From positions 1 through 43,489 of the IMG/VR virus record IMGVR_UViG_3300045988_050672: a DNA stretch of 43,489 bases; one strand, given 5' to 3'. The notes beneath the pieces were generated by a model, which saw only the letters and a list, made by a program, of their open reading frames with translations, searched no databases and was not told where the DNA came from. Positions 29,524-37,756 of this stretch are shown here, in pieces. Position 1 is the first letter of the stretch, and each line of letters starts with the position of its first letter. The position numbers were made by a program, and so were the translations under genes. The DNA is from a virus.

Positions 29524-29815
29524 CGTTCTCCTCCAAATCCATTTTGCACCCACACCCCGGGCGGTAGTTGTACCCCAGCAGCTGCACATCCTCGTCAATC
29601 TCAAAGCACCATTCTCCGCCGCAGGCAGAGCATTGGATTGTTACAAGACTGCTCCAATCATCGTCGGTTCGCAACCACTCCCCATGCCGCACCGGCTCCA
29701 CATCGGCGGCGGGCAACTCGTCTTCTACAAACTCGGTAACGGTCATATCCGGAGCCTTAAAACCATATCGCAGCATGGTATCTTTAATTGTCTCCCGGCT
29801 GATGTAATCACTCAT
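29513..29815 (-). CDS. Small zinc-ribbon-like early protein, 100 aa
   Basis: PAADVEPVRHGEW ... CSACGGEWC ... CGC. Confidence 0.5.
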   Translation of the reverse strand: MSDYISRETIKDTMLRYGFKAPDMTVTEFVEDELPAADVEPVRHGEWLRTDDDWSSLVTIQCSACGGEWCFEIDEDVQLLGYNYRPGCGCKMDLEENDDN

Positions 29816-30114
29816 TTCAATTCCTCCAAAGTAATCTGCCCATCAATGGGCGTATTGTCGGCCTCTTTCCGCTTCCGTTCCGGGACGACTTCTCTCACAA
29901 GGGGGTTGCGGCTTATTGCCCGATTGAATGCCCCACAAGCCATCCATCGTCCCGCCCAGTCCGTCGCTTCACTATGGGTAATCCCGTATACTTTGCATTT
30001 GCAAAGCACTTTATCGTGATACTTGCCCTTTATGAAGTTGCTACACTCCCGGCACGTATGCCCATCCAAAACGCCGAAAAACCGGTGCATTAGAGCAAGT
30101 TTACGTAAAGCCAT
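29812..30114 (-). CDS. Small Cys-rich protein, 100 aa
   Basis: MALRKLALMHRFFGVLDGHTCRECSNFIKG...CKCKVYG. ATG at 30114 with GGAGGAA. Confidence 0.5.
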   Translation of the reverse strand: MALRKLALMHRFFGVLDGHTCRECSNFIKGKYHDKVLCKCKVYGITHSEATDWAGRWMACGAFNRAISRNPLVREVVPERKRKEADNTPIDGQITLEELK

Positions 30115-30695
30115 TATAGTTCCTCCACATAGCACCAACTCTGGGGCGCACGATTCAAACGGCGTTCTTCGCTTGTCAGGCAACCAGCGTATTCACCGGT
30201 ATTTTCCCAAAGCTGGCATTTATCGCAATCCTGAGTACCGCAACATTTCCGGAACTGGGGCAGTTCCTTCGGCGTATCGTATATTTTCAGGTCGGAGATA
30301 TGCCAGCCGTACATTGCCTCCCTTCCGAACGCATAATACCGAAATTCTTTCTCTGTTAGACATGCAGATTTCAAATCCTCGTCGTCAATCTCCCACCAAC
30401 TATCACCGCAGTCGTAATCCATTCCGATTTCCGGGTGCGGGCAGTAATCGTAGTTGTACGTTGCTATGTTGTCACATGCGAACTCACCGACAACTATTTT
30501 CCCACCGCTCACATTGCATACCATCCCGCCATTAACTTTAACTTTGTAACTCAGGTTTCCGGCAGTGCAATAAATGTAAACCTTGAAAGGCGCTTCCAGT
30601 TTCGGACGGGTCTTTCTGACTTCCAGCGTCTTTTCCCCGCTCAGGATTTTCTCCACCCACTCCGGGCGGATGCTGATAAGTACCGATTTAGCCAT
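30114..30695 (-). CDS. ASCH domain protein with Cys-rich C-terminal extension, 193 aa
   Basis: MAKSVLISIRPEWVEKILSGEKTLEVRKTRP is the ASCH N-terminal signature. Confidence 0.7.
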   Translation of the reverse strand: MAKSVLISIRPEWVEKILSGEKTLEVRKTRPKLEAPFKVYIYCTAGNLSYKVKVNGGMVCNVSGGKIVVGEFACDNIATYNYDYCPHPEIGMDYDCGDSWWEIDDEDLKSACLTEKEFRYYAFGREAMYGWHISDLKIYDTPKELPQFRKCCGTQDCDKCQLWENTGEYAGCLTSEERRLNRAPQSWCYVEEL

Positions 30696-30939
30696 TGTCA
30701 GCCCTCCGGTTCCACATATCGGCGGCCTTTTTACGATCGTCTTTGGCAAACGCAATTTTCCCATTCGATTTCAAGTCCGCCGTTACGATGAAATCTCTCA
30801 TAGGCAGTTCAATCATGCAGTTAGTACACTTGATGCCAAATTGCCATCCATGCGTTGTGCAACGTTCGTAGTTGCTGTTGATTATATACTCTGCCTTACC
30901 CCCGCAAAACGGGCATGGCTTCAATTCGATTCCGTCCAT
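30688..30939 (-). CDS. Lar-family restriction-alleviation-like protein, 83 aa
   Basis: LKPCPFCGGKAE ... C.NC ... AADMWNRRA. Zinc ribbon plus WNRR tail. Confidence 0.6.
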   Translation of the reverse strand: MDGIELKPCPFCGGKAEYIINSNYERCTTHGWQFGIKCTNCMIELPMRDFIVTADLKSNGKIAFAKDDRKKAADMWNRRADNG

Positions 30940-31115
30940 TTTTCAGCCCTCCTATTCCATGTTTCGATTGCTGATAGATGATTAAAAAACCAATGTGTTC
31001 TTGGTTCAATCGGACAGTCTCTATTTTGGCAGTATACCCGAAAGCAGTGACCGTTTCTCTGCATAACGCCCTTGTCTCCGCAAAACGGGCAGGGCTTCAA
31101 TTTGATTTCATCCAT
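30921..31115 (-). CDS. Lar-family restriction-alleviation-like protein, 64 aa (tandem paralogue)
   Basis: MDEIKLKPCPFCGDKG ... AIETWNRRAE. ATG at 31115 with GGAAGGAG. Confidence 0.6.
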   Translation of the reverse strand: MDEIKLKPCPFCGDKGVMQRNGHCFRVYCQNRDCPIEPRTHWFFNHLSAIETWNRRAEKWTESN

Positions 31116-31153
31116 TGTTATCTCCTTCCCGCCCGGGTTGCCCCGGGCTTGTG

Positions 31154-32686
31154 TTATCCAAAATGCTTTCTCGTCACGGCCATGGGGAACTCCTCGATCT
31201 CGCTCGCCCAGAGGCAGCTTCCTTTCCCGTTCAGCTGCTCCCAAATCAGCGGGAAACCACCGATTCCGTCAAAAAGGCTTGCCATGGTTGCATCCCGTTC
31301 GTACTGGGCGCAAATCCGTTTCAGTACCCATTTCCAGGGCGGGAGGGCAATGGAGTTTCCCAGAGCCTTGTAGCGGCTGCTGTCGGAGCTTTTCTTGTGG
31401 GTCTTGCCCTTGCTGTCTACCCATTCCCCGATGTCCGTCCATCCGTCCGGGAAGCCCTGTAGCCGTTCGCATTCCAGCGGGGTCATGCGGCGCACTTTTC
31501 CGCTTTGGACTGGGTAGGTTTCGCTGTCCTCTCGAAAATCCAGGTTGGCTTTCGCTTTCAGCGTGTGGGCAACATCTTGGCAGAATACCGCTTGCGCATC
31601 GTGCATTGTATTAAGGGTTTGCGCCTTTTCAAATGCCGGGGTAGCCGCTTCGTTTACTTGGCCATTTCCGATTCCATACGCCACCAGCGGTACTTGGTTC
31701 CCACCCGTCCCCATTCTGGCCTGCAAGGATGGAGAAGTGCCACCGCAATCCCGGATTACATCACAGGCGTGGGACATGTCCAGTATTGCAGGCTTATTCC
31801 CGCCGCATTCCGCGTTCAGAGTCGGCGCTCGCTCCTCGCAATATCCGATACTCCTTGCTTTTTCGCTGTTCCCCAGCTTAAACCCAGCGCACACCGCCGG
31901 TCGGTCGATGGTATTCAGGGTGTAGCACACATCCTCCTTCCATCCTTTTCCGTTGCATCTTGCGGTGTCTGCCCGGTCGATGCCGTTTCCCTGCAAGCAG
32001 AACACCGTCTGGTCGTTCTTGCAGCCCAAAGTCCCAGAGACTTCCGTCTGTACTAAGGCTCCCTTTCCGCCTCCGTCACAGCCCCCCCGGATTCTGACTG
32101 CGAAAGAAGTGCCGCTTTCAGCGCCTCCGGCAAGTCCTTTCCCCGCCGTGCCGCCCGGTTCAGAATGCCCCGGCACGCCTTTGCGGACAAATAGTATTTC
32201 TGGTGCGGATTGTCCTCCAAAATCTGCGACAAGCGCGATTCTACGCCGTGTCTGGGGGACTCCCCAAAACTTCGCATCGAGAACTCTCCAAGCAACGCTC
32301 CATCTGTCGCCCATAAGGCATCCGCTGGTTGGCCATCCCTTTTCAGGAACAGGAACAGGGGGCGCTTCCGGCTCGATGACCCTGACCGCTTCTTCGAGGA
32401 CTGCGGCGAAGTCTTTTCCGTGGTTGCTGCTGAATGCTCCGGGGACGTTCTCCCAGACCATGTATCTGGGGCGAATAAACTCACCTGACCGTCCATTTGC
32501 TCTGTCATGCTCTCTCATCTCCCTTATCACTCGAATCTGCTCCATGTAAAGTCCCGACCGTTTCCCGGCAAGCCCGGCTCTTTTTCCGGCAATGCTCAGG
32601 TCTTGGCAGGGGCTACCTCCGATCACGCAATCAACGATTGGAGCAGCTGCACCGTTGATTTTGGTAATATCGCCTAGGTGGTTCAT
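31154..32686 (-). CDS. DNA (cytosine-5) methyltransferase with permuted motif order (III-X, then I-II), 510 aa
   Basis: N-terminus GDITKI (III), GGSPCQDLS (IV), WENVPG (VI), GVPQTRRRI (VIII), RRMTPLECERLQGFP (IX), YKALGNSIALP (X). C-terminus SLFDGIGGFP (I), WASEIEEF (II). Confidence 0.85.
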   Translation of the reverse strand: MNHLGDITKINGAAAPIVDCVIGGSPCQDLSIAGKRAGLAGKRSGLYMEQIRVIREMREHDRANGRSGEFIRPRYMVWENVPGAFSSNHGKDFAAVLEEAVRVIEPEAPPVPVPEKGWPTSGCLMGDRWSVAWRVLDAKFWGVPQTRRRIALVADFGGQSAPEILFVRKGVPGHSEPGGTAGKGLAGGAESGTSFAVRIRGGCDGGGKGALVQTEVSGTLGCKNDQTVFCLQGNGIDRADTARCNGKGWKEDVCYTLNTIDRPAVCAGFKLGNSEKARSIGYCEERAPTLNAECGGNKPAILDMSHACDVIRDCGGTSPSLQARMGTGGNQVPLVAYGIGNGQVNEAATPAFEKAQTLNTMHDAQAVFCQDVAHTLKAKANLDFREDSETYPVQSGKVRRMTPLECERLQGFPDGWTDIGEWVDSKGKTHKKSSDSSRYKALGNSIALPPWKWVLKRICAQYERDATMASLFDGIGGFPLIWEQLNGKGSCLWASEIEEFPMAVTRKHFG

Positions 32687-33060
32687 TTCTCGCTTTCCTC
32701 CACCGGGGAGCGCAGCCAGTTCTCAAGTGCCAACGGGCCAGGCACCTCGTTTTCCGCACAAAACTTTTCAGCTGGACACATAGTGCAACTTAAACAATCG
32801 CAAATAGCATATGCCAAATCCTTATCCGTCATTGCCCGGATTTTATCACTGTTTGTTTTCGGCTTCCCTTTTCGCTGAGATTCAAGCTTCCACTTTGCTT
32901 CCAGCGCATCCTGAAAGCAATTGGCCGCATCGTGGAGGCCGGCGGCCCATACCTGGTGCATCATTTCCATTTCCCATGCCCTTGGGTTTTTGCAGCACCC
33001 ATTTTCTCCATGCTTGTGGTTTACTGGGTTTGGCGTAAGCTGTTCTACAACGTTGCTCAT
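32683..33060 (-). CDS. Hypothetical Cys-containing protein, 125 aa
   Basis: ATG at 33060. ATGA overlap with the methyltransferase start. Confidence 0.55.
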   Translation of the reverse strand: MSNVVEQLTPNPVNHKHGENGCCKNPRAWEMEMMHQVWAAGLHDAANCFQDALEAKWKLESQRKGKPKTNSDKIRAMTDKDLAYAICDCLSCTMCPAEKFCAENEVPGPLALENWLRSPVEESEK

Positions 33061-33084
33061 TTCCCATTTCCTTTCTGTTTTCCT

Positions 33085-33399
33085 TTATTCCCCCGAGGAA
33101 CTTTCCCCCACCGGGGCGGGGTGCAATTCCGCTTCACCGGCTTGAAACAGCCGTACATTTTCGCCTTGCTCATGCTCAAAAACAACCCCCTCTCTCACCA
33201 AATCCGGGTGTTCATACCGAAAAAATTGGCGTTGTTTTTTGTGGTTTTTCCATAGTTTCATGATGTTTTTGTTCCAGTTATCGATGAAATACATTTCCCA
33301 TGCCTTGCAGCCGTCCCCGTTGGTGGGGCAATCGTCCCGCGTGCAGTTCCTGCAAAAGGGGCTTCCCGAATCGCTGCACTGGCCGGGTTTTTCTCTCAT
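33085..33399 (-). CDS. Hypothetical protein with Cys-rich N-terminus, 104 aa
   Basis: CSDSGSPFCRNCTRDDCPTNGDGC. ATGA overlap with the upstream gene. Confidence 0.55.
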   Translation of the reverse strand: MREKPGQCSDSGSPFCRNCTRDDCPTNGDGCKAWEMYFIDNWNKNIMKLWKNHKKQRQFFRYEHPDLVREGVVFEHEQGENVRLFQAGEAELHPAPVGESSSGE

Positions 33400-34301
33400 A
33401 ACGCATCCCTTCTTTCATCTGCGCCCGCCGCCAGAACCTGCCGTATGGCTTCCAGCTCAGCGTCCCCCAGCTCGCCGGACGCGCCCTTTGGAATATCAGG
33501 CTTTCCATAGCGCCTAACCGGTGGTGCTGACCCAGCGCGGCCCCTGTCCTGCTCTTTGGCAAGCCAGCCGTTGATAAACCGTTGTACCCCGCCCTTGGTT
33601 TTCCGCTTGGAGGGGTTGGCGTCACACCACCCGGCCATTTTCCGAAGCTCTGCCAGGATATCAACGGCGGGGTAGAGTTCTGCCCATTTGTCCACGTCAG
33701 CCTGAAAAACAGGGTAAAGGGATTTATCATTCAGCATGATCTGGCACACCGGTGGCGTGGAGGCGGTGTCCGGCTCCGCGCCTATACTCTCCTTTACTCT
33801 ACTTTTCTCTACTCTACTCTCCTCTACTCTACTCTCCTCTACTCTACTATGTCTTTGGATGTCAGCATTTTTTGAGAAAATGTTGACATTTCTGCTTGAA
33901 ATGTTTACATTGGGGCAAATTTTGGCGCACTCGACCAGAAGGATGTTGTAATCGACTTCAAGACTTTTACGGCGGCTGACTGCCTCGAAGTACCGCTTCT
34001 GAATTCCCCGTGAAGTCAGAACGTGATACTTGTCATATATCTCTTTGTCGAACATCCCTCGTCTGATAGAAGCCTCTATTATTTCGGAAACGACGCTCCC
34101 ACCCAGCCCGCATCTTCGGGCGAACAAAAGCGCAACCTCCTCTGTCCATTCAATGTAATAACCCTCTTTGCCGTATATCTCTTGCAGCAAGTGAACGATT
34201 ACACCAAATCCTGTCAAGCCATATTCTGCTTCTATCAGTTCAAATTTCTTGTCCAAGCAAACATCAAGCGGAAAGAAATCAAGTCCGCTTTTGATTGCCA
34301 T
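33396..34301 (-). CDS. Replication organiser (DUF4373 / Lin1244-type N-terminal domain), 301 aa
   Basis: MAIKSGLDFFPLDVCLDKKFELIEAEYGLTGFGVIVHLLQEIY is the DUF4373 signature. Central SRVEESRVEESRVEKSRV repeat. Confidence 0.7.
   Translation of the reverse strand: MAIKSGLDFFPLDVCLDKKFELIEAEYGLTGFGVIVHLLQEIYGKEGYYIEWTEEVALLFARRCGLGGSVVSEIIEASIRRGMFDKEIYDKYHVLTSRGIQKRYFEAVSRRKSLEVDYNILLVECAKICPNVNISSRNVNIFSKNADIQRHSRVEESRVEESRVEKSRVKESIGAEPDTASTPPVCQIMLNDKSLYPVFQADVDKWAELYPAVDILAELRKMAGWCDANPSKRKTKGGVQRFINGWLAKEQDRGRAGSAPPVRRYGKPDIPKGASGELGDAELEAIRQVLAAGADERRDAL
33807..33851. repeat. Three tandem 15-bp repeats (CTCTACTCTACTCTC) inside the replication gene; candidate origin iterons
   Basis: Two perfect units at 33807..33836 plus a third 12/15 unit. 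More degenerate CTCTAC copies lie upstream from 33786. Confidence 0.8.
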
Positions 34302-34304
34302 AGT

Positions 34305-34481
34305 TTACTCCTCGCTTACCATCCTAGGGAATAGAACAACTTGAAGGCCGCGACTGCCAAAAATGTCAACTATGTGTTTTACTTCTTCTTCGGATATATT
34401 ATTCAGTCGGAGAAGATTATCTTGAATGCCATCCAATTCAAAGATATCCTCGGCATCGGTGACGATAACGTCATATTTCAT
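34305..34481 (-). CDS. Hypothetical protein, 58 aa
   Basis: ATG at 34481 with GGAGGTG. MKYDVIVTDAEDIFELDG... Confidence 0.45.
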   Translation of the reverse strand: MKYDVIVTDAEDIFELDGIQDNLLRLNNISEEEVKHIVDIFGSRGLQVVLFPRMVSEE

Positions 34482-34702
34482 TGCGCATTCACCTCCTTCA
34501 CCAGCGAATACCTTGCAAAGCACGTCCGCTCCCCGTACCGGTTCTTCCCGGTGACGGTTTCGCTCTTGATGGGAACGCCCTGGGCTTTCAAATCCCAGAT
34601 CCTTGCACCCAGCCGGTAACAGCCGTACTCGGTAACAGCCTCGGCCTGGGTGATACTCCCATAGTCCTGCAAATGCCGCAGGATACGCTCACACTGTGTC
34701 AC
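34478..34702 (-). CDS. Winged-helix DNA-binding protein, 74 aa
   Basis: GTG at 34702 with GAGGAGG. ILRHLQDYGSITQAEAVTEYGCYRLGARIWDLKAQG pattern. Confidence 0.55.
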   Translation of the reverse strand: MTQCERILRHLQDYGSITQAEAVTEYGCYRLGARIWDLKAQGVPIKSETVTGKNRYGERTCFARYSLVKEVNAQ

Positions 34703-35114
34703 GGGGTGCCTCCTCTCCGGTGAGGCGAACCGCCACGCATGGGCGGGTGCCGTACCGCTTGCAGACTGTGGCGTCTGTGATAGCGGCATCATCCTTGTAG
34801 GCGATACCGTTCAGAGCATCACACACAATCTTGCCTATGTTGTCCCAGTCGGGTTTCACCATGGGAAGAATCCGATTGTCAATCGCTTCGGCCTGCTTGC
34901 GCTTGCTCCACGAATGGGGAACGGGGTAGATTGCCGCAATGTCAACCCGGATAGTGCCGGTGAACTTTGCCCCGTGGGCTTCGCACTGGTATGCCCATGC
35001 CACCAGCTTTTCATAGTCCTTCGTTTTCTTTGGGGTGTATGTCGCACTGTTCTGGGTGAAGCGGGGGCGCTCCTTCCCCTGCGGAACGCCGGGAATCGTA
35101 AATTCAATCGTCAC
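34689..35114 (-). CDS. rusA: RusA-family Holliday junction resolvase, 141 aa
   Basis: KPDWDNIGKIVCDALNGIAYKDDAAI is the RusA catalytic signature. GTG at 35114 with GGAAGGAG. Confidence 0.85.
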   Translation of the reverse strand: MTIEFTIPGVPQGKERPRFTQNSATYTPKKTKDYEKLVAWAYQCEAHGAKFTGTIRVDIAAIYPVPHSWSKRKQAEAIDNRILPMVKPDWDNIGKIVCDALNGIAYKDDAAITDATVCKRYGTRPCVAVRLTGEEAPRDTV

Positions 35115-35217
35115 GTTTTCGCTCCTTCCTTTGGAGTTGGCGGTTTCACCTCCCACCGCCAAGGGAAAATGCAAACTATACTGTCAATCTTTTTAGGGAA
35201 AGATTGATTTTTCCGGC

Positions 35218-35697
35218 CTAGAACGGCAATTTCGCGTCGTCGTCTTCCAACTCTGCGAAGTTCGCCGCAGGGGCGGGAGCCTGATACGCCGGTGTGCTGT
35301 ATCCGTTCCCCCGGTTCGTCTGCTGTGGGGCGCTGGGCTGCCCGTATCCGGCGTTTTGCACCGTTCCGGTATTGGCGGTGTCCTGAGAATTGCGCTTGCT
35401 GGAAAGCAACTCAACGCTTGTGGTCACTACCTCAAACGCCCGGCGCTTGTTCCCGTTCTTGTCCGTCCAGTCCCTGGCTTGCAGCGCTCCGGAAACGGCT
35501 ACGATGTCGCCCTTATGGCCGTACTGCGTCAGGTACTCAGCCCCCTGCCGCCATGTGACGAAATCCAGAAAATCGGTGGCATCCTTTGCCATTGGGCGCT
35601 TGACGGCGAGGCTGTAGGAGCAGACCGCCGTCCCCTCCTGTGTTCTTCTCAGTTCCGGGTCGGCGGTGAGCCGACCGACAAATTGACAATTATTCAT
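35218..35697 (-). CDS. ssb: Single-stranded DNA-binding protein, 159 aa
   Basis: OB-fold N-terminus MNNCQFVGRLTADPELR, a Gly/Gln/Pro-rich linker, and an acidic tip DDDAKLPF. Confidence 0.9.
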   Translation of the reverse strand: MNNCQFVGRLTADPELRRTQEGTAVCSYSLAVKRPMAKDATDFLDFVTWRQGAEYLTQYGHKGDIVAVSGALQARDWTDKNGNKRRAFEVVTTSVELLSSKRNSQDTANTGTVQNAGYGQPSAPQQTNRGNGYSTPAYQAPAPAANFAELEDDDAKLPF

Positions 35698-36029
35698 GTG
35701 TTCTCCTTCCTATAAATCAGATCGTTTTCGTTCCAGTCGGGATAAATGCCCATCAGGTATTCCCGGAAATACGCCCTCATTTTCATTCTTGCCGTGGTCT
35801 GGTCGTACCGGTTGTGGCATCTGGGGCAGAGGGTAAGCCCGTTCTGGGCAATGCCAAGCCCTCCCTGCGCCCGGGATATGTAGTGGGCGTTGCTCCATGC
35901 CAGAGGGGCAGGGGCGGGAGCGCCGCAGAATACACAGCACGTCCAGCCGTCAATGCTGTCCCGCTGGGCAATCGCCATTTTCTCGCCCCGGGTGAAATCC
36001 CTCGCTTTGGTGTCCTTCCTCAACGCCAT
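35694..36029 (-). CDS. HNH endonuclease, 111 aa
   Basis: CVFCG ... AHYISRAQGG ... NGLTLCPRCH. Confidence 0.7.
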   Translation of the reverse strand: MALRKDTKARDFTRGEKMAIAQRDSIDGWTCCVFCGAPAPAPLAWSNAHYISRAQGGLGIAQNGLTLCPRCHNRYDQTTARMKMRAYFREYLMGIYPDWNENDLIYRKENT

Positions 36030-36547
36030 TCCCCCTTGAGCAGTTCCAGCTTGTCCGGGGGCAGGGTTTCAATGTCCAGCGCCTTGCAGTCCTGTATCAG
36101 ATTGTCGATCAGCCGCGCCATTTGTTTGGTGTCGTAGGTACTGGAGCCGTGGTATGCCGCCAGGTTCCGGCACCCAGGCACCTGAGACGCGCCCAGGCTG
36201 TCCACCAGCCATCCAAGGCCGTTTTTCTGCCAGCTCCGTGTGAACCGCTCTACATCCTGCTCCCGGACGCACATAGGCGTGTAATTGTCTCCCACGACCC
36301 GAACGGCGTTCCGGTAGACCTCAACCGGAGGAATCCCCATAGCGGCGGCAAGCTTGTGAATCAGCACCCAGGCATAGGCGTTTGCGTCCAGGCTCCGCTT
36401 TTCCCGGTGCTCCTTGACATCCAGATCGTAGAGCCGATTCTTGTGCTTGCGAACCAAGGCCATGGCCTTCCCCAAATCCTGCCTTTCCGGTCGCACCATC
36501 AGCCAGCCGCCCTCGAGTTTTATTTCACGAAATGTAATATCACCCAT
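36020..36547 (-). CDS. Hypothetical recombination-module protein, 175 aa
   Basis: ATG at 36547 with GGAGG. KRSLDANAYAWVLIHKLA motif. Sits between the exonuclease and HNH genes. Confidence 0.5.
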   Translation of the reverse strand: MGDITFREIKLEGGWLMVRPERQDLGKAMALVRKHKNRLYDLDVKEHREKRSLDANAYAWVLIHKLAAAMGIPPVEVYRNAVRVVGDNYTPMCVREQDVERFTRSWQKNGLGWLVDSLGASQVPGCRNLAAYHGSSTYDTKQMARLIDNLIQDCKALDIETLPPDKLELLKGEWR

Positions 36548-37109
36548 TGCGCGCCTCCATAGGGAGCACCCCTTTTCCCAGTGCATCCCCCAGAACTCGG
36601 AGTTTGGGGAGGTATACCATATCTATCCATTCGAAATCATAAGCGATATATTCCAGTTTCAGTCTCCCGTGGTCGATGGGGAGGAGGAAGTTGTCATAAT
36701 CTGCATCTTCCAGGCCATACGCGACGATCTGGCCTTTTTTGATACCAGCGGCGTACATTTCCACTTGAACTTGCTGCCAGTATTTCTTCGGCATCTTCCA
36801 GCCATTTTCTGTCTTGAAAGTTTTGCATTCGTAGGTGCAGTCGTTTGTCAGCCCGTCGAAGTTCACCCGGAGTTTCAAATTTTCATGTATAATCTGCTCG
36901 TCCAGACGAAGCCCCTGGATACCAAGACTTTTCAAAATCCGATGCTCGAAATTCGTCCCGGCCAGCGTGTACCGATTATCGAAATGATCTCGATTTATGC
37001 CAAGTTTCTGCATCCACCACGAAAGCCATGTTTTTGTTTTCCAGTTTCCTACCACGTAGGCCGTATCGCTGGCTCCTATGTACCCGGAACGATCATGATT
37101 TGAGATCAT
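36540..37109 (-). CDS. YqaJ-like (lambda Exo-type PD-(D/E)xK) exonuclease, 189 aa
   Basis: GASDTAYVVG ... GTNFEHRI ... NFDGLTNDCTYECKT pattern. Confidence 0.7.
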   Translation of the reverse strand: MISNHDRSGYIGASDTAYVVGNWKTKTWLSWWMQKLGINRDHFDNRYTLAGTNFEHRILKSLGIQGLRLDEQIIHENLKLRVNFDGLTNDCTYECKTFKTENGWKMPKKYWQQVQVEMYAAGIKKGQIVAYGLEDADYDNFLLPIDHGRLKLEYIAYDFEWIDMVYLPKLRVLGDALGKGVLPMEARNG

Positions 37110-37756
37110 AAGGCGTTGAGTTTCTGTTCGAAGCGGTTCAGCTGATCGAAGTAGGTGAAAATGATCTTTACCTCGTCCTCCGTCATACCTACCGCTTCCG
37201 CAATATCGGAAGTGGACATACCACGCTTGATAAGCCGGGTATAGGCGATTTGCAGACGTTCCTTGATAGCGAACAGATTATGGCGGCTCAAGTCCTCGGG
37301 TTCATCATCTCTGGAATCCATATCGTCCAGCCACAGCCCAAAACCTAAGCCGGTACGCATTGCCACGCCCTTGACGAATGCCCTTGCCTGAGCATTCCAT
37401 AGCCGCTGCTGGGTGAGGGAATTATCTTTTACCGGGTTGCTGCCGTTCATAAGCGGGTACTGTGCTTCGAACTCCAAATCATCGATCACGATTTTTACCC
37501 GGACTTCGTAGCAGCGGTTTGTGTTTCCCTTGCTGTCGGTAAACACCTGATCGCTCATGAAAAGGCTGGAACCGTTGGCATTTACACACGGCTCGAAGTA
37601 CACCACATCAGCGCCGTTCTTGTGCAGAAGCTCCACACACTTTGCCCAATTCAGATAAGGGACTTCGATTTCACGCCCCCTGTCGTCTTTTGCCTTTCGC
37701 TTATCGCATTCTTTACTCACGTCAATTTTTCGCATTTCTGCGTAGCTTTTCAGCAT
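37106..37756 (-). CDS. Rad52-like single-strand annealing protein (Sak/DUF1071 type), 216 aa
   Basis: YLNWAKCVELLHKNG...YEVRVKIVIDD...PLMNGSNPV pattern. Paired with the YqaJ exonuclease. Confidence 0.6.
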   Translation of the reverse strand: MLKSYAEMRKIDVSKECDKRKAKDDRGREIEVPYLNWAKCVELLHKNGADVVYFEPCVNANGSSLFMSDQVFTDSKGNTNRCYEVRVKIVIDDLEFEAQYPLMNGSNPVKDNSLTQQRLWNAQARAFVKGVAMRTGLGFGLWLDDMDSRDDEPEDLSRHNLFAIKERLQIAYTRLIKRGMSTSDIAEAVGMTEDEVKIIFTYFDQLNRFEQKLNAL

